Under the pieces are notes generated by a model. It worked only from the letters and a program-made list of their open reading frames with translations. It had not been told where the DNA came from and searched no databases. From Amphiscolops sp. MND2022 (lineage: Eukaryota), in contig OZ076409.1 in assembly GCA_964187785.1 (NCBI GenBank), forward strand, positions 57,786,001 through 57,850,000: a stretch of 64,000 nucleotides of DNA, given 5' to 3'. Made by a program: the position numbers and the translations under genes. The first letter of the stretch is position 1, and each line of letters begins with the position of its first letter. Positions 1 through 14,045 of this stretch are shown here, in pieces.

Positions 1-249
1 TAGACGTAGTTTCATTTTCAGTCACAGTTTATTTTAATCATTAACTACAGTTTGAGTCAGTATCTGAAATACCTGTTTGCCAATTTTGCAGTAGAGCCGT
101 GCCCACATCCGTATCCTACTCGTCTGCAACCGCAATGCAGTCCGGGAGGATATCCCCAATTTGCGGGAGGGTGTTCATTGTATATAAATAGTACAAAGAA
201 GCGAAGCAAAATGCCCGTTACATCAAGGAGTCAAAGACTAGGACAAGTC

Positions 250-658
250 GGTGCACAGACAAAAGGGCCACAGACAAAAGGGCCAAAAACCAAAGTTATA
301 TTTTAATTTTTTCAATCAAAAAGTTGTTTTTTTTTTCAATGTAATAAAAAGGATGTGGAACTTGATTTATTTGAAGACGTTAGCATATTTGTTGTATGGC
401 TCGGTCGCTTTGCTCCCTTCGCTCCCTTCGCCACGTAGCAACATTGAGGCATGACCATATGGCACGTCGCTCGGTTTCGCTTCGCTCCTGCAATTAGGCC
501 ACTAGGGGTATGTGAACATAGCTGACTACGTTATAATAATTGAGCTTTTAAATAAAATTATTTTGGCCCTTTTGTCTGCTTTTTTGGCCTTTTTGTCTGT
601 GTTTTTGGCCCTTTTGTCTGTGAACCCTTTTGTCTGTTAGCCTTTTTGTCTGGACACG
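250..658. mobile_element. Foldback/Mutator-like MITE with 9-bp TSD
   Basis: GGACAAGTC at 241-249 and 659-667; inverted ends GTG..CAGACAAAA with subterminal CAGACAAAAGGGCC arrays on both sides. Confidence 0.8.
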
Positions 659-1559
659 GGACAAGTCGGAGAGTATTCAGCTGAAGCGGATCGTTTTTCA
701 CCCTAGGGAGCCAAAATGGACCTGTTGGCAGATGGGAGCCCGTCTCGTGCAAAAAACCTCATCTCTTCAGGTTCCTCCCACTTTTGTAACTGATTCAAGA
801 TACAGCGTGCCGTTTTGCCATTACAAAAGCTTCAAACGCTTCAAAAATTGATGGCTTCTATGAGAACTTTAGGATGTGTCTTTGATTGTGAAACTGCTTC
901 ATTACTGGGCGAGAAATTGAATTGTTTTCCAGTCCTAAATAACTTGTATCAAATCTACCAGCCTGAGTTGATGAGAAGAAACAAACAAACTTACCGGAGA
1001 GGTTTGGATAACAATGTTTGTCATTTGAATGTCGTCTAAATTGACGTATATTTCTTTGAGGCTACAAATATTGTGCAGCTAATCAGAGTTGTAGATTGTT
1101 GGATATCGTTTGGCTGACTAAAAAGTGGAATTGTTTCCAATGTTTACAAGAATTGAATGGGATTTTGGGACATTGAAATTGAGTTAAGCTATGCAAAGAA
1201 TAGTAGAATACGGGTTTTGATATCTTTTGTTGTCAAAATAAATTGGATTAAACACTGATACTCGACATAAACATGGGGAGTGAATTGAGAATTTTTAGCC
1301 CTGATTGAAATTGAAGATACGCTTTTGAAAAATTCATTTGTCAAGTTGACATGAGGTCAAGTGAATGGTTATGAGAAACACATGCCGTATATTTATTTAC
1401 ATATTCTACATAATTTAGACTGTTTTTTAAAGCAAAATTGCATCCATGTCAAACATTTTTGTCTAGGCTCTTTAACTCATTTTTGAAATATCATAGCAAA
1501 AACTATCAAAATTGATAGAACTTTTTATTCGAGTGAAATACAGTAGCGTTGTAGCGTTC

Positions 1560-1945
1560 TAAAAGAAGTTAGAAGTTAATTTCCCCATTACCGCGGGGTG
1601 GACGCCGAATAAGCAGTTCTGTTTTTTTAAGTCGGCGCCCGTTCGGATACTATCTCCCCATAGCAAGCCATGGTACCATATTTGCAGCCAAGTGGTCAAG
1701 TAATGGTGGACTTGAAGCTGAGGTTTCAAAGTGACTTGCTCAAGGTCACAAAGGCCTGACTGCTCACCGTTGCTCTTTTTATTTTGCTTTTCTCCGCCAA
1801 ATGCGTTATTTTTTGTCATTGACCATACCACTAAGCTAGGGATGAAGGACTTGCTTAAGGCCCAACAATGGTGAGTTGAGAGAGATTCGAACCTGATACC
1901 GCCCCAGTACAGGCCGAATGCTCTAACCACTACGCCATGCTCCCC
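1560..1945 (-). mobile_element. tRNA-derived SINE-like element
   Basis: Minus strand begins GGGGAGCATGGCGTAGTGGTTAGAGC (A box) and contains GGTTCGAATC (B box); no intact acceptor stem; 3' boundary approximate. Confidence 0.65.
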
Positions 1946-2060
1946 TAACCACTACGCCATGCTCCCCTAAAACCACTACGCCATGCTCCCCTCTAACCAC
2001 TACGCCATGCTCCCCTCTAACCACTACGCCATGCTCCCCTAATACGCCATGCTCCCCTAA
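1924..2060. repeat. Tandem repeats of the SINE 5' end (ACCACTACGCCATGCTCCCCT, ~6 copies)
   Basis: Directly visible. Confidence 0.9.
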
Positions 2061-4129
2061 AATAACGGACTTCCTTGCATAAAATATCAAAGTTCAAACC
2101 AAATACATTGAAAAGTGAAATGCAGTTTAAAACTCACAAATACGGAAAATTGATTGTCAGCTAGGAAAGTTTCTAAGATGCTTTGTAGATTTTAAAATTG
2201 TTTGTTTGAAACTACTAAAGTTCAAAAATCAATTTTCAAAATGCTATTCTTCTATGCTCAAAAGAATTCAAAGGGTTCCGTTTGATTAAAAGAAGTTTCT
2301 TCTTAGATTTTCATAGGTTTCCAAAATGTTTGTTTGAAATTAAAAAAAATCAAAAATCAACCGAGTTTCTAAATTTTTCTCGTATAGCCCATCTCATTAC
2401 ATGAAATGCATTGCTCATGTTTAATTTTTTCCATTTCCGAACCAATTCGAATTGAAACAATTCAAAGGGTTCACAGTTTGATTATAAGAATGAAAAAAAT
2501 CAGTAAGTTTGATTTTGTCACTAAAAATGGGAAGAACTCAAACTTCAATTAAAATTTACCTAAAAGTTGCATTTTCTTACTTTAAAAAATGGGACGTGAA
2601 ATTTTCAAACAAACGTTCTTGTAAACTAAGAAGAATTCTAAGAAACTTTTGTAGCTGACAATTTGTTGGGTCTCTGACCATTTTTAAGATTTTATGATTT
2701 GAATTTTATCATTTCACACAATGGAGTCGCGTTATTGTAGAATGCTCCTAAAGTTTGAGCACGAGAAAAAATATTGCTTCATTAAAAATCATTGATGATT
2801 TAAAAGTGTGACATGTTTGAAATAGTTTGTTGCGTACCATCAATGACAATAGATCAATAATTGGAAGAGGATTTGACAAGGCTGTAAGTTGCAGAATAAT
2901 TAACAATAATGATAATGATTCGGTTTCTTGAAACACTAAAGCCAGCTGTATGCTATGGAACCAAAATCGAAGACTTCGAGGAAAGTGTAATGAACAACCG
3001 ATGTCTGATTTCAATTGATATCTGTAGTTATCTGTTCTCAATACTCTCGATATCTGTGTAGTTATCAATTGATATCTGTTCTCATATTAATGACAATCGC
3101 TGTAAAGGCTGACCGTTTTGGATAAACAATGAAAAACAAGAGCTTTCTATGGTCAGTTGGCAAGCAGTGTGAACTTAAGCCGACCTCCAAAAAAGGAATG
3201 CGTTCCTTAATGCGCGTTCCTTTTAACACAAAATGGAAAATTTTTAACAACTCAAATTCAAAGCATTTTTCATGCTACTCATTTACTTAAGTGATTTGAA
3301 CCAGTTTAAACTGTAAAATAATTCCAAAAAAGAAATCCTAAATTTCTATAATGTCGTTCGAAGCAAGTAAGGATTGAGGAATTTTTCTCGAAAACCGCGG
3401 TGGCACTGATATGATTCTTCTAATTCAGTTTATGAATCAGAAGTGAACTTTATCTGGCGAGTGAAACAGTGGCTACTTTTACAAAAACTTATCCAATAAG
3501 GTTTTAACGGATACTACTTGTTGAACTGTAGTTGTAAAAATAGTTATATGGAGTGAAACGAGCGTTTTTAATTGACAGAATATTTTCAAGGCATGTTTTT
3601 TTCCAAATTCAGCTAAGACGATTTCCAAGTAACTCCCAAAAGTACCCTTTTCTGTCACGAAAAGGCAATTCACAATCTCGAATTTGAGCAACTCTGAAGA
3701 AAATAAATTCAGGTTATGAATTCTAAAATTTAATTGCTAGTGTCGCTCAGAATTTCAAAGATAACAGAGTTTACTGCTGCAGTATGTTATAACATATTTC
3801 CAGTGATATAGAGAACATGTTTTTTTTGCGTTCATCAGTTGAATGACACACATGGGTTGAATTAAAATTTGCTACTGAGGCATGAACAAAGAACCCACCC
3901 TAAATTACCACCCCCACCAGCTTTAAGGACAGGGGTGGTAACATGAAAAAAAAGTGTTTTCCGATACCTCTTTCTATTTTCTGGAATCTTTCAGTTTGTT
4001 CCTTCTGGGGGAAAGTATGATTGTTAAATGTAGGTGAACTATTCATATTTGCTGTGACACAAAGTTGATTTCCTGATTTTGCCATCTGGGCTAGATAAAT
4101 CAAAGTGAATTTAAATGTTTCAGCGAAAA

Positions 4130-4510
4130 TAATGATTTTAGACGTTATTCTACAAAAATACGGTGATTTTAGACATTAATCCACAAATTTAGTGATATTA
4201 GACGTTATTCCCCAAAAAAGTGATTTTAGACGTTATTCCACGAAAATAATGATTTTAGACGTTATTCTACCAGAAGACGGAATTTTAGACATTATTCCAG
4301 TGGAATACAGTGTTTTTAGATCGTATTCTACCAAAATAGAGTGATTTTAGACGTTATTTCACAAATATAGTGATTTTAGACGTTATTCCCCAAAAAAGTT
4401 ATTTTAGACGTTATTCCACGAAAATAATTATTTTAAACGTTATTTTACCAGAATACGGTGATTTTAGACATTATTCTGGTAAAATACAGTGAATTTACAC
4501 GTTATTCCAA
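4130..4510. repeat. ~30-bp minisatellite GTGATTTTAGACGTTATTC...
   Basis: About a dozen degenerate copies; resembles the subterminal arrays of the foldback elements at 18560 and 46311. Confidence 0.85.
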
Positions 4511-4529
4511 TGAAATAAAGTCTCTGGGT

Positions 4530-5015
4530 CTTTTTAGTCGGCGCTTTTCTTAAGAAAATAGCCCGACTGTTACAGTCACTCGTTTTTTTTAAATTAAGAC
4601 AGACTCGAAGTGACGAACGTTAAAATTAACGTTCAACTTTTAAATAAGTACTAAACTACTGGACCGCTAAAGGCAAACGGGGAGCGCATTCATTTACTTT
4701 TTAAACGTTACATACAAGCCCGGACGGGACTAAAGTTTTAACCCCCCCCTTTCGATTTTTTTTCAGCGCTGTGAGACTTTTTTTCGAAATTTTTTTATTG
4801 TCCCCAAAGGGACCCCCCTTTGAGTTTTTTGTTATTATGCTACAGAATGCGTGTTTATAAATCAAAAAGGGTCCCCCTTTTTACATTTTTCGGCACTGTG
4901 CGACATTTTCCGAAAGAAATTTTTTTTCGAAAATTTCAAGTTTTTTTCCAAAAAAAATGTTTTGCGCTTTTTGAGCCTTAGATATAGCGCCGACTTGAGA
5001 CGTTCCAGTCTTGTT
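4530..5015 (-). mobile_element. Non-autonomous repeat family (Helentron/DINE-like), copy 1
   Basis: Shared ends AACAAGAC..GAACGTCT.AAGTCGGCGCTATATC and AAAAGCGCCGACTAAAA (subterminal inverted AGTCGGCGC); internal GGGGACCC/CACAGTGCCGAAAA repeats. Confidence 0.6.
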
Positions 5016-5034
5016 TTAAATAAGAAGTCATCAG

Positions 5035-5753
5035 AAATGAAATACAATGTCCAAAATTCAACTGAATTTTTCGGATTAGAATTTTTCATTTCCGAAAAAT
5101 TTGTTGGATTTTACTCCTGAGAAACACCTAGTTTTTCAACTCACGCGGAAAACTTCGACAGAAATGTTCGCAAAAACCTTTAATAATCCTTCTTGTTAGT
5201 TTGTCATATTTTCTGAAACTATTTGACGCTGAAAAGGTTGAAAAAATAATTCAAACTTCAACCAATCAAAACAGCCTAATTTTTATATTCCGTTCTAAAG
5301 TAGTTCCCTAAAAATTCCGTCTAGAACTTTGTTATGGAATTGTTTTCGTTTCTCCTAACCCGAAAAGTGATAAATATTGCCTATTCCGACTTTTTTTATG
5401 CAAAAAAATTTTTTACACTGAAAAAAAATTCCAGTAATACGAATTTGTTTGCCACACTGGCACACGTAAGAATTTTGTTTACATCATATGTTAGCGTCAG
5501 CACTCATAAAATTTGAGGTTTTCCCCGCAAAAACATGGAAAATTTCGCGGGAAATTTTTCTTGAACTTCCTTGATGTTGCTCTGAAAACCCGCCAAATTG
5601 TATAGAAATCCTAATAAAAACCTGTATAAATAGCATTGCATCAGGGAAATACTCTAGCATTAAAGATTTTCCATGAAACTCCCAAAATCATGCTAAAAGT
5701 GCTTGGTAGCCTATAAAATTATGTAAAAGTTTCAAGCAGTTTCAACTAGGGTA
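5035..5753 (-). repeat. Dispersed ~720-bp repeat; inverted copy of 17842-18558
   Basis: End TTTCAACTAGGGTA matches TACCCTAGTTGAAA at 17842; shared internal blocks such as CCAGTAATACGAA.TTGTTTGCCACAC and TTCCGTTCTAAAGTAGTTCC. Confidence 0.8.
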
Positions 5754-6299
5754 ACGAACGAAAAAGGTTGAGGAAGAAAAAATCATCGAGGAAATTTTTG
5801 TACACGACTTTTTATTGATGATAAAAACCTTGAAGGAACAAGAGTTTCAGTAGAGATTCAGTACTCGAGTGTAAAACTTTCAATTTATATCCTGAAACAT
5901 TTGACCATCTTTTTTCATTAAAATCCGGATCAGTATCAAAGGAGCTTCCGGACTATTGGACCTTGGACAGTGTTATCAATAGTTAGTCTCTTACAATAAT
6001 AAAGCTATATCATCCTGTTTCTGCATCTCAATCATTCTACACTCTTGTTTCCAGTGGGGTGCTAATTGTGGCGAGTCCTATGAGAGACCCTGTGAGAGAA
6101 CTAAGCTAGACTCTCGAGCTGACCTTAAATTAATTGAAAATATGATTAGTTGTTGACAAATGTATTTAAAAACATAACTGAACTAAGGAATAATTTAAAA
6201 GATATAATTTGCCATGTGGTCTTCACAGCGTTCAGTAATGAACGATTGTCGAAACTGTTCCTTCTCTTCTTCTTCAGAACATAGCTAGACTGCAGTTAC

Positions 6300-8412
6300 C
6301 TTATAACTGATTTTCCTGGAATGTGCATAGTGCTTCCAGGAGTGGCCCATTTAGAGAGATTAATTAGTACTAGTGACATTAGTGCTATTTAGAGATCACA
6401 TCACATTTTACATAATCGTATGACCTTTTTACTATCTGCTATAAAAGTAACTGCCCATGCTGATAGAACAATCAATATTACACATACGATAGCTACAATA
6501 AAGTATTAAACACCCAATTCTTTATTCCTATTTGTATTGTTCACCATGGCGCAGTCAGAATGACTTCAAATAGTGAGAAAAAAACCAGCCGAAACAGTGA
6601 GCAGAAGCTCCTCAAGAGAGAAATCGGCAGATTAAAAAATGAAGAACGAGAACCCACCAGGAAAAACATTTCAAAAAATCGAGAAAAAAATTATAAAGAA
6701 TTATAATAATCACCAGTGATAATAACACCCCAACGGCTATTCAACAGTTGGGGGATACATCAACAATCTTCCGAGAACGGATAGACATAACACTTGAATT
6801 CTAATACCCCGCATGGTTGGATGACATAATAGTAGTGACCAAAAGAAACAGAGAAACGACCACAGATCCTGGAACACAACAGCAAAATGACGCCAGAGGA
6901 GATAGACAGAAATCGAGACTTTCACAGACTAATAGAAAAACTCCGGAATTTGAAGAAACGAGACGAAGCAGGGCCCTCTAACAGCTACCATGATCGACAA
7001 CTAACAGAGGAAGAACAAGAGCAGGTAAAACACCAAAAGGAAGAGATCGAGACATTGTTTTTCGATTCGGACCGAACAATCGCGGTACCGGCATAAGAAG
7101 AAGATACCAGTTTTGAAAGATACCTAGAAGCAACCGGTGTCAGGTACATCCAGATGGGGAAGGCCAGCAAATCCAAAACAACGAACACCGGGACCTAAAT
7201 GAAACCTTGAGACAGGAAAATTAAAAAGTCTCGACTGATTCATAAACACTTGAAAGCTACAAAATTAACCAAAGAAAAACTCCTTGAAACACTTGTGTGC
7301 TTGGAAAAAGGACCTAGGAGCAGACTCCAGAGGTATACAAAGAACACACAAAAACTATGATAGAATTCCGAGTGTTTTTCTACGACGACAAAATAAATAT
7401 TCCAAAATCACTAAGACAGACCGTTATTATGTGATTACACAAAGGCCACCCTTTAATGGAATGACAACTGCAGCCCCACAAATTTGGTGTCCAGGACTGA
7501 CCAAGCATATTCAAGCCAACGGCGACAACTGCAATCCCTGCAAAGTTCGAGGTAGAAATATTTAGCCCCAAATATCAAAGACCGAAATAATTCATATCCA
7601 CAGGTAAAAAAATCAAACTAAGAAACTAAATTGGATTTCATCGGACCAATCAGATACAGACACGGAGATTGTTTATTGTGCAATGATTAACCGGTGTAGC
7701 AGATGGCTGGCGGCAAGCATATGCGATGCCCGACCAGCCGAACGGCAATTTGTTTCTTGGAACAATTTAGTTGGATACAACGGACAATTCGTGGAACAAC
7801 GATAACAGCGGTCACGAAAATCAAATAAAAACTGAAAGACCAGAAAACTTAAATTAAGTTAAAACAATAATATTTCACAATTTAGAAAGTCCTCTAGAAT
7901 GAGATCCAATAACCCCAGAATGAGTTTTTGGAATCCAATAACGCCTTGATATTTACAGTGAACACTGTTCGGAAAAACATTGGAATGACAAGCCACTCAA
8001 AGACGGAATGAGGGAGAAACTGTGGAAGAAAAAAGGAAAGAGAGAAAAGCCCGATGAAATTAAAATCATCAATGCTGCGGCGGATGTTCAGTACTTTCAA
8101 GTTGATAAACTCAGTTCTCAATACTCACCTTGTTACGACCCTCTAGTTTACATGTAGATTTGTATTGTCCGTTATATGCATATATTTAGGCCCATGTAAA
8201 ACACAATTAACCCACAAGGCGGAATGTGGCTTTAGTGCTATTTAGAGATGACACCACATATCACATAATAGTTTGACCTTTTACTATCTGATGTAAAAGA
8301 ACCTGCCAATGTTGATAGCTACGATAATAGTATTTACGATCATTACTACACATACGATAGCTACAAAAAGTTTTACATTGCTATTTCTTTTTCCCTATTT
8401 CTATTTTTCAAC
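6300..8412 (+). mobile_element. Old, internally deleted Gypsy-like LTR element
   Basis: Diverged direct repeats (TAGTGCTATTTAGAGAT...ACACATACGATAGCTACAA at ~6380-6500 and ~8233-8367); TGGCGCAGTC PBS at 6547; integrase remnants (WCPGL...CNPC; LDFIGPI at ~7631). Left boundary approximate. Confidence 0.7.
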
Positions 8413-9225
8413 GGTACTCGAAACATTGATAAAGTTAACGGTTTATTTTCCAGAAAAAAAACAATGGATGTTTAGGTAGGAGTTGCACTATTTTGATTTT
8501 CCTGGTAAATCAGCCTACTTTGTTCAGCAATGAGAGGAAGTTGTTGTGAAGTAAGGTTTGTTGGGTATGGAAGTCAGAAAGGTGTTCCCAATGAAGGAGG
8601 AATTTAGTTTGATTAGAATTTGATTGGAATCAAATCGGTTTTCTGAAAACTTGAAGTGGATATGTTGAATAACATTGTAGAGCAAACTTTTCATCTATAT
8701 TCATCACTGGAAAATGACATAAAAAGTAAGAGTAAAATTTTGTGACGAGTATTCTCGAAACTTTGTAGAGAAATATTCATTTTGCAAAAATTCAATGTTG
8801 TTGTGGTTGACATGATTGGAATAGAACTGATATAGAGAATCAAAATTATATCAGTTAGGTTATTTCTAAATCTTTTTTGGGTGAGGATTGAAAAAACTAT
8901 GACAAATTATTCTCTGGGAGAGTGAAAACTCACGACGAATAGAAACAATTGAGAGACTAAATTTTTTGGAGACCAAAATGACTGAAAGAATGAAAGGCCT
9001 AATTGAAGAAAAGGACACCAACAGCTATCAACGGAGACTTGAAAAGCCACTGCAATGAAAACGAAACGCATCATATCTTACCCTCTTCCACATATACCTT
9101 GCGGAAGATATAAGTAAGCTGGAACCCGCGAAAAGACGCAGCTCAACCAGAGTCATAACAGTGAAAACGTTTGCACAACTCGATGAGAATGTGCCAAACG
9201 AATAGATGACAGCATATGTGCATAG

Positions 9226-9400
9226 CCCGAGTCGACCCTCCATGGATATCTTAGTAAGATCTTGGCCAGATCTTGCCAAGATCTTGGAAAAATCTTAGCT
9301 AAGATCGTGCCATGATATTTCCAAGAATGCCAAGATGTAGTAAGAATTTGGCAAGATCTTGCCATGGCATCCAAGATGCTAGTAAGAGGGTCAACCCGGG
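9226..9400. mobile_element. Short MITE with CCCGGGTTGACCCTC-type TIRs and GCCAAGATCTTGGC palindromic repeats
   Basis: CCCGAGTCGACCCTC ... GAGGGTCAACCCGGG; deletion derivative of 20337-21157. Confidence 0.75.
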
Positions 9401-11067
9401 AGGCCAGTCAGCAGAACAAATTCCGTGTTTAAGAATTCTGCTCGGATCGCATAGTAGAACTGATTTACGGACTACAAAGACATGCAAAAACGCCGTTTGT
9501 CATTGAGAAACAGCTTAATCAGCAGCAAAACATGCATCCAAAATATGCAACGAGACTTGCCGGATCATGGAATGACTAACGACACACGTCCCCAGAAATC
9601 ACAAAAAAGAAAAACTTTCGATCGATGGTGTCGTGTAGCAGGCGGGATTATTGTTTGAACTGAAACATCAAACATGATAAGAATCAAATTGAGTTCCTGA
9701 AATTTTACTACTAGAAGTCGACACGTGGTATAAGATTGTGAAGGAAGTTTTTTCTTCGATCAAAGTCCGTCTTCCCTGGAAAATGACCCGAAAACGAATA
9801 TAGAAAAAAGAGTCTCATAGAAAAAAGTAAAAGGGTGTGAACTCGTTGTTCAGTTTTTCATGACTGGAGTGTTTTCATTAAACGACACGTATTAATTCGT
9901 CTTGAAGTAAATGGGTTTGAATTGATAAAGTGAGTTTGAATTGATAAAATTGGTTTTTTTCCCAGCCATATTCCATATGAGAAACATTTACCAAGTCAGT
10001 TGCGTTTTTTTTAAAATTTCCGCCCATATTCTCTATGGGAAAAGGAAGTAACAAACACGTTTCTTTTTCCAAAAGGTGCCATGCTTCAAATTTAATCCAA
10101 TATTAAAGAGTTCAACAATCACAGATTTAGTTCCGTGCAATACGTATTTGTATAGTTTTTTTGATATTTTGGGAATGAACAAAATGATCCCAAAAATATC
10201 AAGTTTTTCTTTCGACTATGCTAAGAATTTTGACTTATATTCAAGTTTTTTACAATTTTTGATACGTTTTCTTAGTAAAAGATTGAACGACTGAAGTAGT
10301 ATAACGACTGAACAACTAACTATGCACTAAGCTTTTCTAAAAAAACTGCAGTTTTTTCCTACAAAAACACCTCAAAATGGCCCCAAATTATTTGAAAAAT
10401 TAAAAAAGAATCATTTTCTCAGGTTTTTTTTAATTTTCGTAAAATCTTCAATAGATTTCGTAGGTTAGGAAACGAAAACGTTCAACAAAAAGTGAAATAT
10501 TTATCGAGTATTCATTTTTGGAAAACGCCTCTGAATGACTTCAGAATATCAAAAAATCCAAAATTTTACTTTTTCGATCTGTTTTGAATAACTTTTGTTT
10601 CTGAAAACCTTCGTGCGTTAGAATAATAGAAACGTTCAAAAACGAATGAACTTGATTTCCACTAGACTTTTGTGGAAAGACATGGCATTTGAGACAATAG
10701 AGCTCTTCCTTGAAAAAGTGTGTAAACGGAACCATGATGTAGCGGTTGAGGTGTTAGGCCTGTCAGCGGTGAATCGCTTTCAGATCGCTTTCAGCCCAGT
10801 AAAGTTGGGTTCCGAGCAAGCGCGTGACCACTCTGTTTGTTGACCACAGAAAACAGAAGTGAAAAGACAACAACAGGCTGTCAGACTTCTGTGTCCGAGA
10901 GCGAAGTTCAAGTCCACAATCAGTTGACCTGATTGCTGCAGCTATGGCACTGTAGCTAGCTTTAGGGAGACGGTATCGGAAATTATACCACTTTCGAAAT
11001 TCAAAAATGGGCTAATCCCAGACGCCGTGAAATGGTTTTTTCTTTATTCTCAACTTGAAGCTTTTTG

Positions 11068-11395
11068 GGAGTGACAGATTTCGTCCCAAACAGATTTCGT
11101 CCCACGTGGAATTTTGACAGATTTCGTCCCACACAGATTTCGTCTCATTTTTTAACATTAAAACAGATTTCGTCCCATTTTTGACAGATTTCGTCCCAAA
11201 TAATTATTATAACGTAGTCAGCTATGTTTACATACCCCTAGTGCCCTAAATGCAGGAGCGAAGCGAAGCGGAACGACGTGCCATATGGCCATGCCTCAAT
11301 GTTGCTACTTGGCGAAGGGAGCGAAGCGACCGAGCCATAAAACAAATATGCTAACCTCTTCAAAAAAATCAAATTCCATACATATTGGGACGTAA
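11068..11395. mobile_element. Truncated foldback-like MITE with CAGATTTCGTCCCA arrays
   Basis: Six CAGATTTCGTC(C/T)CA copies at 11075-11198, then a core that is the reverse complement of ~357-541. Confidence 0.7.
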
Positions 11396-11434
11396 TGAAA
11401 AGTAGGTAAACGAAAAGTCTTTATTTCAGCTGGT

Positions 11435-12022
11435 ATTTTTAGTCGGCGCATTTTATCAAAATGAGCCCGACTATTACAGTGGCAAGTTTTTTTTCTCTTT
11501 TTTTCGTCAGACCACAGAATGTATGCCTAGTGGACTATTTTAACAGAACTACTAAAAGTACTGAATCGGTAAGCGGAATCACATCTGAGTTACTGCAAAG
11601 GGTCCCCCTTTCGTGTACTCAATTTTTAACGTGAGATACAAAACCGGACGGGACTACAGGTCCCCCCTCTGAATTTTTTCGGCATTGTGCGACTTTTTTT
11701 TCGAATTTTCTTTTGTCGCCAAACGGTCCCCCCTTCAAGTTTTTTGGTATTTTGCAGCAAACTGAAGTTTCAAAAAGCCCAAAGGTCCCCCTTTCTAGTT
11801 TTCGGCACTGTGAGACTGTTTCAAAATTCTCATTTTTCGTTTTTTCGAAAGTTTTTTCAAAAAAATTTCCGAATTGATTATTGTCTCCTTCAATTTTTTC
11901 GATATTTTGCAACAGACTGGATTTTCAAAAAGTCGAAAGGGTCCCGCCTATTACAAGTTTAAAAACTTAGCGCTTTTTTGAGCCTTAGATATGCGCCGAC
12001 TTTAGACGTTCCCGTCTTGTTT
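11435..12022 (-). mobile_element. Same Helentron/DINE-like family, copy 2
   Basis: Same terminal and internal motifs as 4530-5015. Confidence 0.6.
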
Positions 12023-13165
12023 CTCCAACAATTCAGTCCCTTAGACGAGACAAATAAACTGACAGCCAAATAAAATAGTCTTCTAGTTTTCAAACTAAAA
12101 TAAAGTGAAAATATTCTTCGAAAAGCGCCGACTAAAAATTAGAGAAATTGTCAAAGTTATGAAAAAGGCTTCATGGTTTTTTTGCAAAGAAGTTTTGAAA
12201 AAACGCAATTTTTGAGAGTTTTTTGATCTTTGATCCCCTATATCTCAGAACCAAGACCAAATACAGAGTCCATGGTTTCGTAAATTGTACAAACATTCCA
12301 TAGGCTACATTTCAGCCCAAAAATGACGTCAATTTTTTTTCATACTCCCAATTTTTTTCCCAATTTGTAACTGATTATTCTCAGAACTGAAAGTAGATAC
12401 GAAAAATATTCTCCCTCAAAGACTGAGGCAAGGATGCAGGCTAGTTTTTGTATTATCAATGTTTCAGCAAGTATGACGCCTTTGTTTTTCTGCCAACAAT
12501 ACATTTTTCATTTCTCTCAAACATTTTTCATTCATCTTTTTGGTTCTTTCATCAAAATTTCCTGATCTGAGACTAGATAAGTTCACATGGTTTTGGACCG
12601 TGGGGTATACACAATTTGTAGCATCTTCTGCAGACCATTGAACGTTTCTGTTCCAGGCCAGGCGCGACGGCATGGAGGTGTTTTCAGTCAGCGATTAATG
12701 AAACATAACTAGATTTTATACTGTTTTTTGTCGGTTTTTTTTCGATTCATTTTTTAGTTAAGTGGAAGTGAACAAAAACGTTCTACGAAAACTTCTACAT
12801 CGAGTCTATGATCTAGAGAAGACAAAAAGGTTCACATGGTCTCCTTTTCTTTTTTTGACATTTCAAAAACCTAAACTCCGAGACATTCGAAGGTTACCCT
12901 CTTCACGATCTTTAAGCAAGAGAGTGGATTTTACCGTTCCCCGCTTGTTTTGTTATATGAACTTCAAGGGAGCAGGACAAAACAGCTGATTTCAAAGGGA
13001 CAAAATTTTTTAAAAAGTTACAAAATAACCGTTTTCTGAAAAAAAAATATGTGAAAAGTTTTAAGCCTAATTGATCCGTTTTGAAATATTGGAAACTAAA
13101 GACACTAAAATGCAATTAGAAAATGAAAACTAAAAATCCAATCTAAGAAAGGTGGTGTACGAATG

Positions 13166-13702
13166 AACAAGCCGGGAACGGCCCAAGTCGGCGCCATATC
13201 TAAGGCTCAAAGATAACAAAAGGACTTCAAAGTGTCAAGTATTCTCTTCTACAGTACCCGTTTGAGGAAAAATTGAAAAAAAATCCGATTTTTTTTTTGA
13301 AATTTTTAAAAATTTTTTTGGTCTCCCGTAAGTCGCATAGTGCCGAAACATGTAAAATGGGGCCCTTTGGAAGTTTTTTAACATCCATTCTTTTGCAAAA
13401 TCGACAAAAAAATGAAGGGTGGACCCTTTGGAGATATTTTCGGAAAAAGTCTCACAAAGCCGAAAAAAATTGCACAAAAAATTTTTGGTCATGGCGGGAC
13501 TCGAACCCATGTCATTCTGCTTGTCAGACCTCAAAAAAGTCGTAGTGGCCAAGTGGCAGTGAAGTAGTGTGACACAGTTTAGTGTTAGTGCCGGTTTAGT
13601 GCCAACTTATAAAATTTATAAAATCTGTCAGTTCGTTGGTCTTAAAAAAACAGAAGTCACTACTATAGTCTGCGTTTTTCTTCGAAAAGCGCCGACTAAA
13701 AA
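13166..13702 (+). mobile_element. Same Helentron/DINE-like family, copy 3
   Basis: AACAAGCCGGGAACGGCCCAAGTCGGCGCCATATC ... AAAAGCGCCGACTAAAA. Confidence 0.6.
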
Positions 13703-14045
13703 TTAGAGAAATTGTCAAAGTTATGAAAAAGAGCAAGATCATTATCTAATTACACGTGAGACGAAAAACAGGAGGTATGGTATGAAGCATTAGCAATCTA
13801 CAATTTCACCTGATTAGCTTTGTCTACCGCGCGCACATGATGTATCAGGGAACAATCGGCTATATTCTCCTATTTTCAAATCCAGCTAATTTGTCACATT
13901 TCCAAATTCAGCTGATTAGTCCCATTTTTAATTTCTGCTATTTTGTCCCTGTGACAGGGTGAGACAATCACATTCAACCAATTATCATCAGTTCAGTATT
14001 CACCCATTACAATATGGAGCAGTCATGAAACCAGTGGAAAATACA

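Noticed and set aside
52..851. Possible terminal exons of a host gene (AG acceptors near 50 and 770)
   Set aside because: Short, no recognisable domain, and interrupted by a MITE; cannot be supported.
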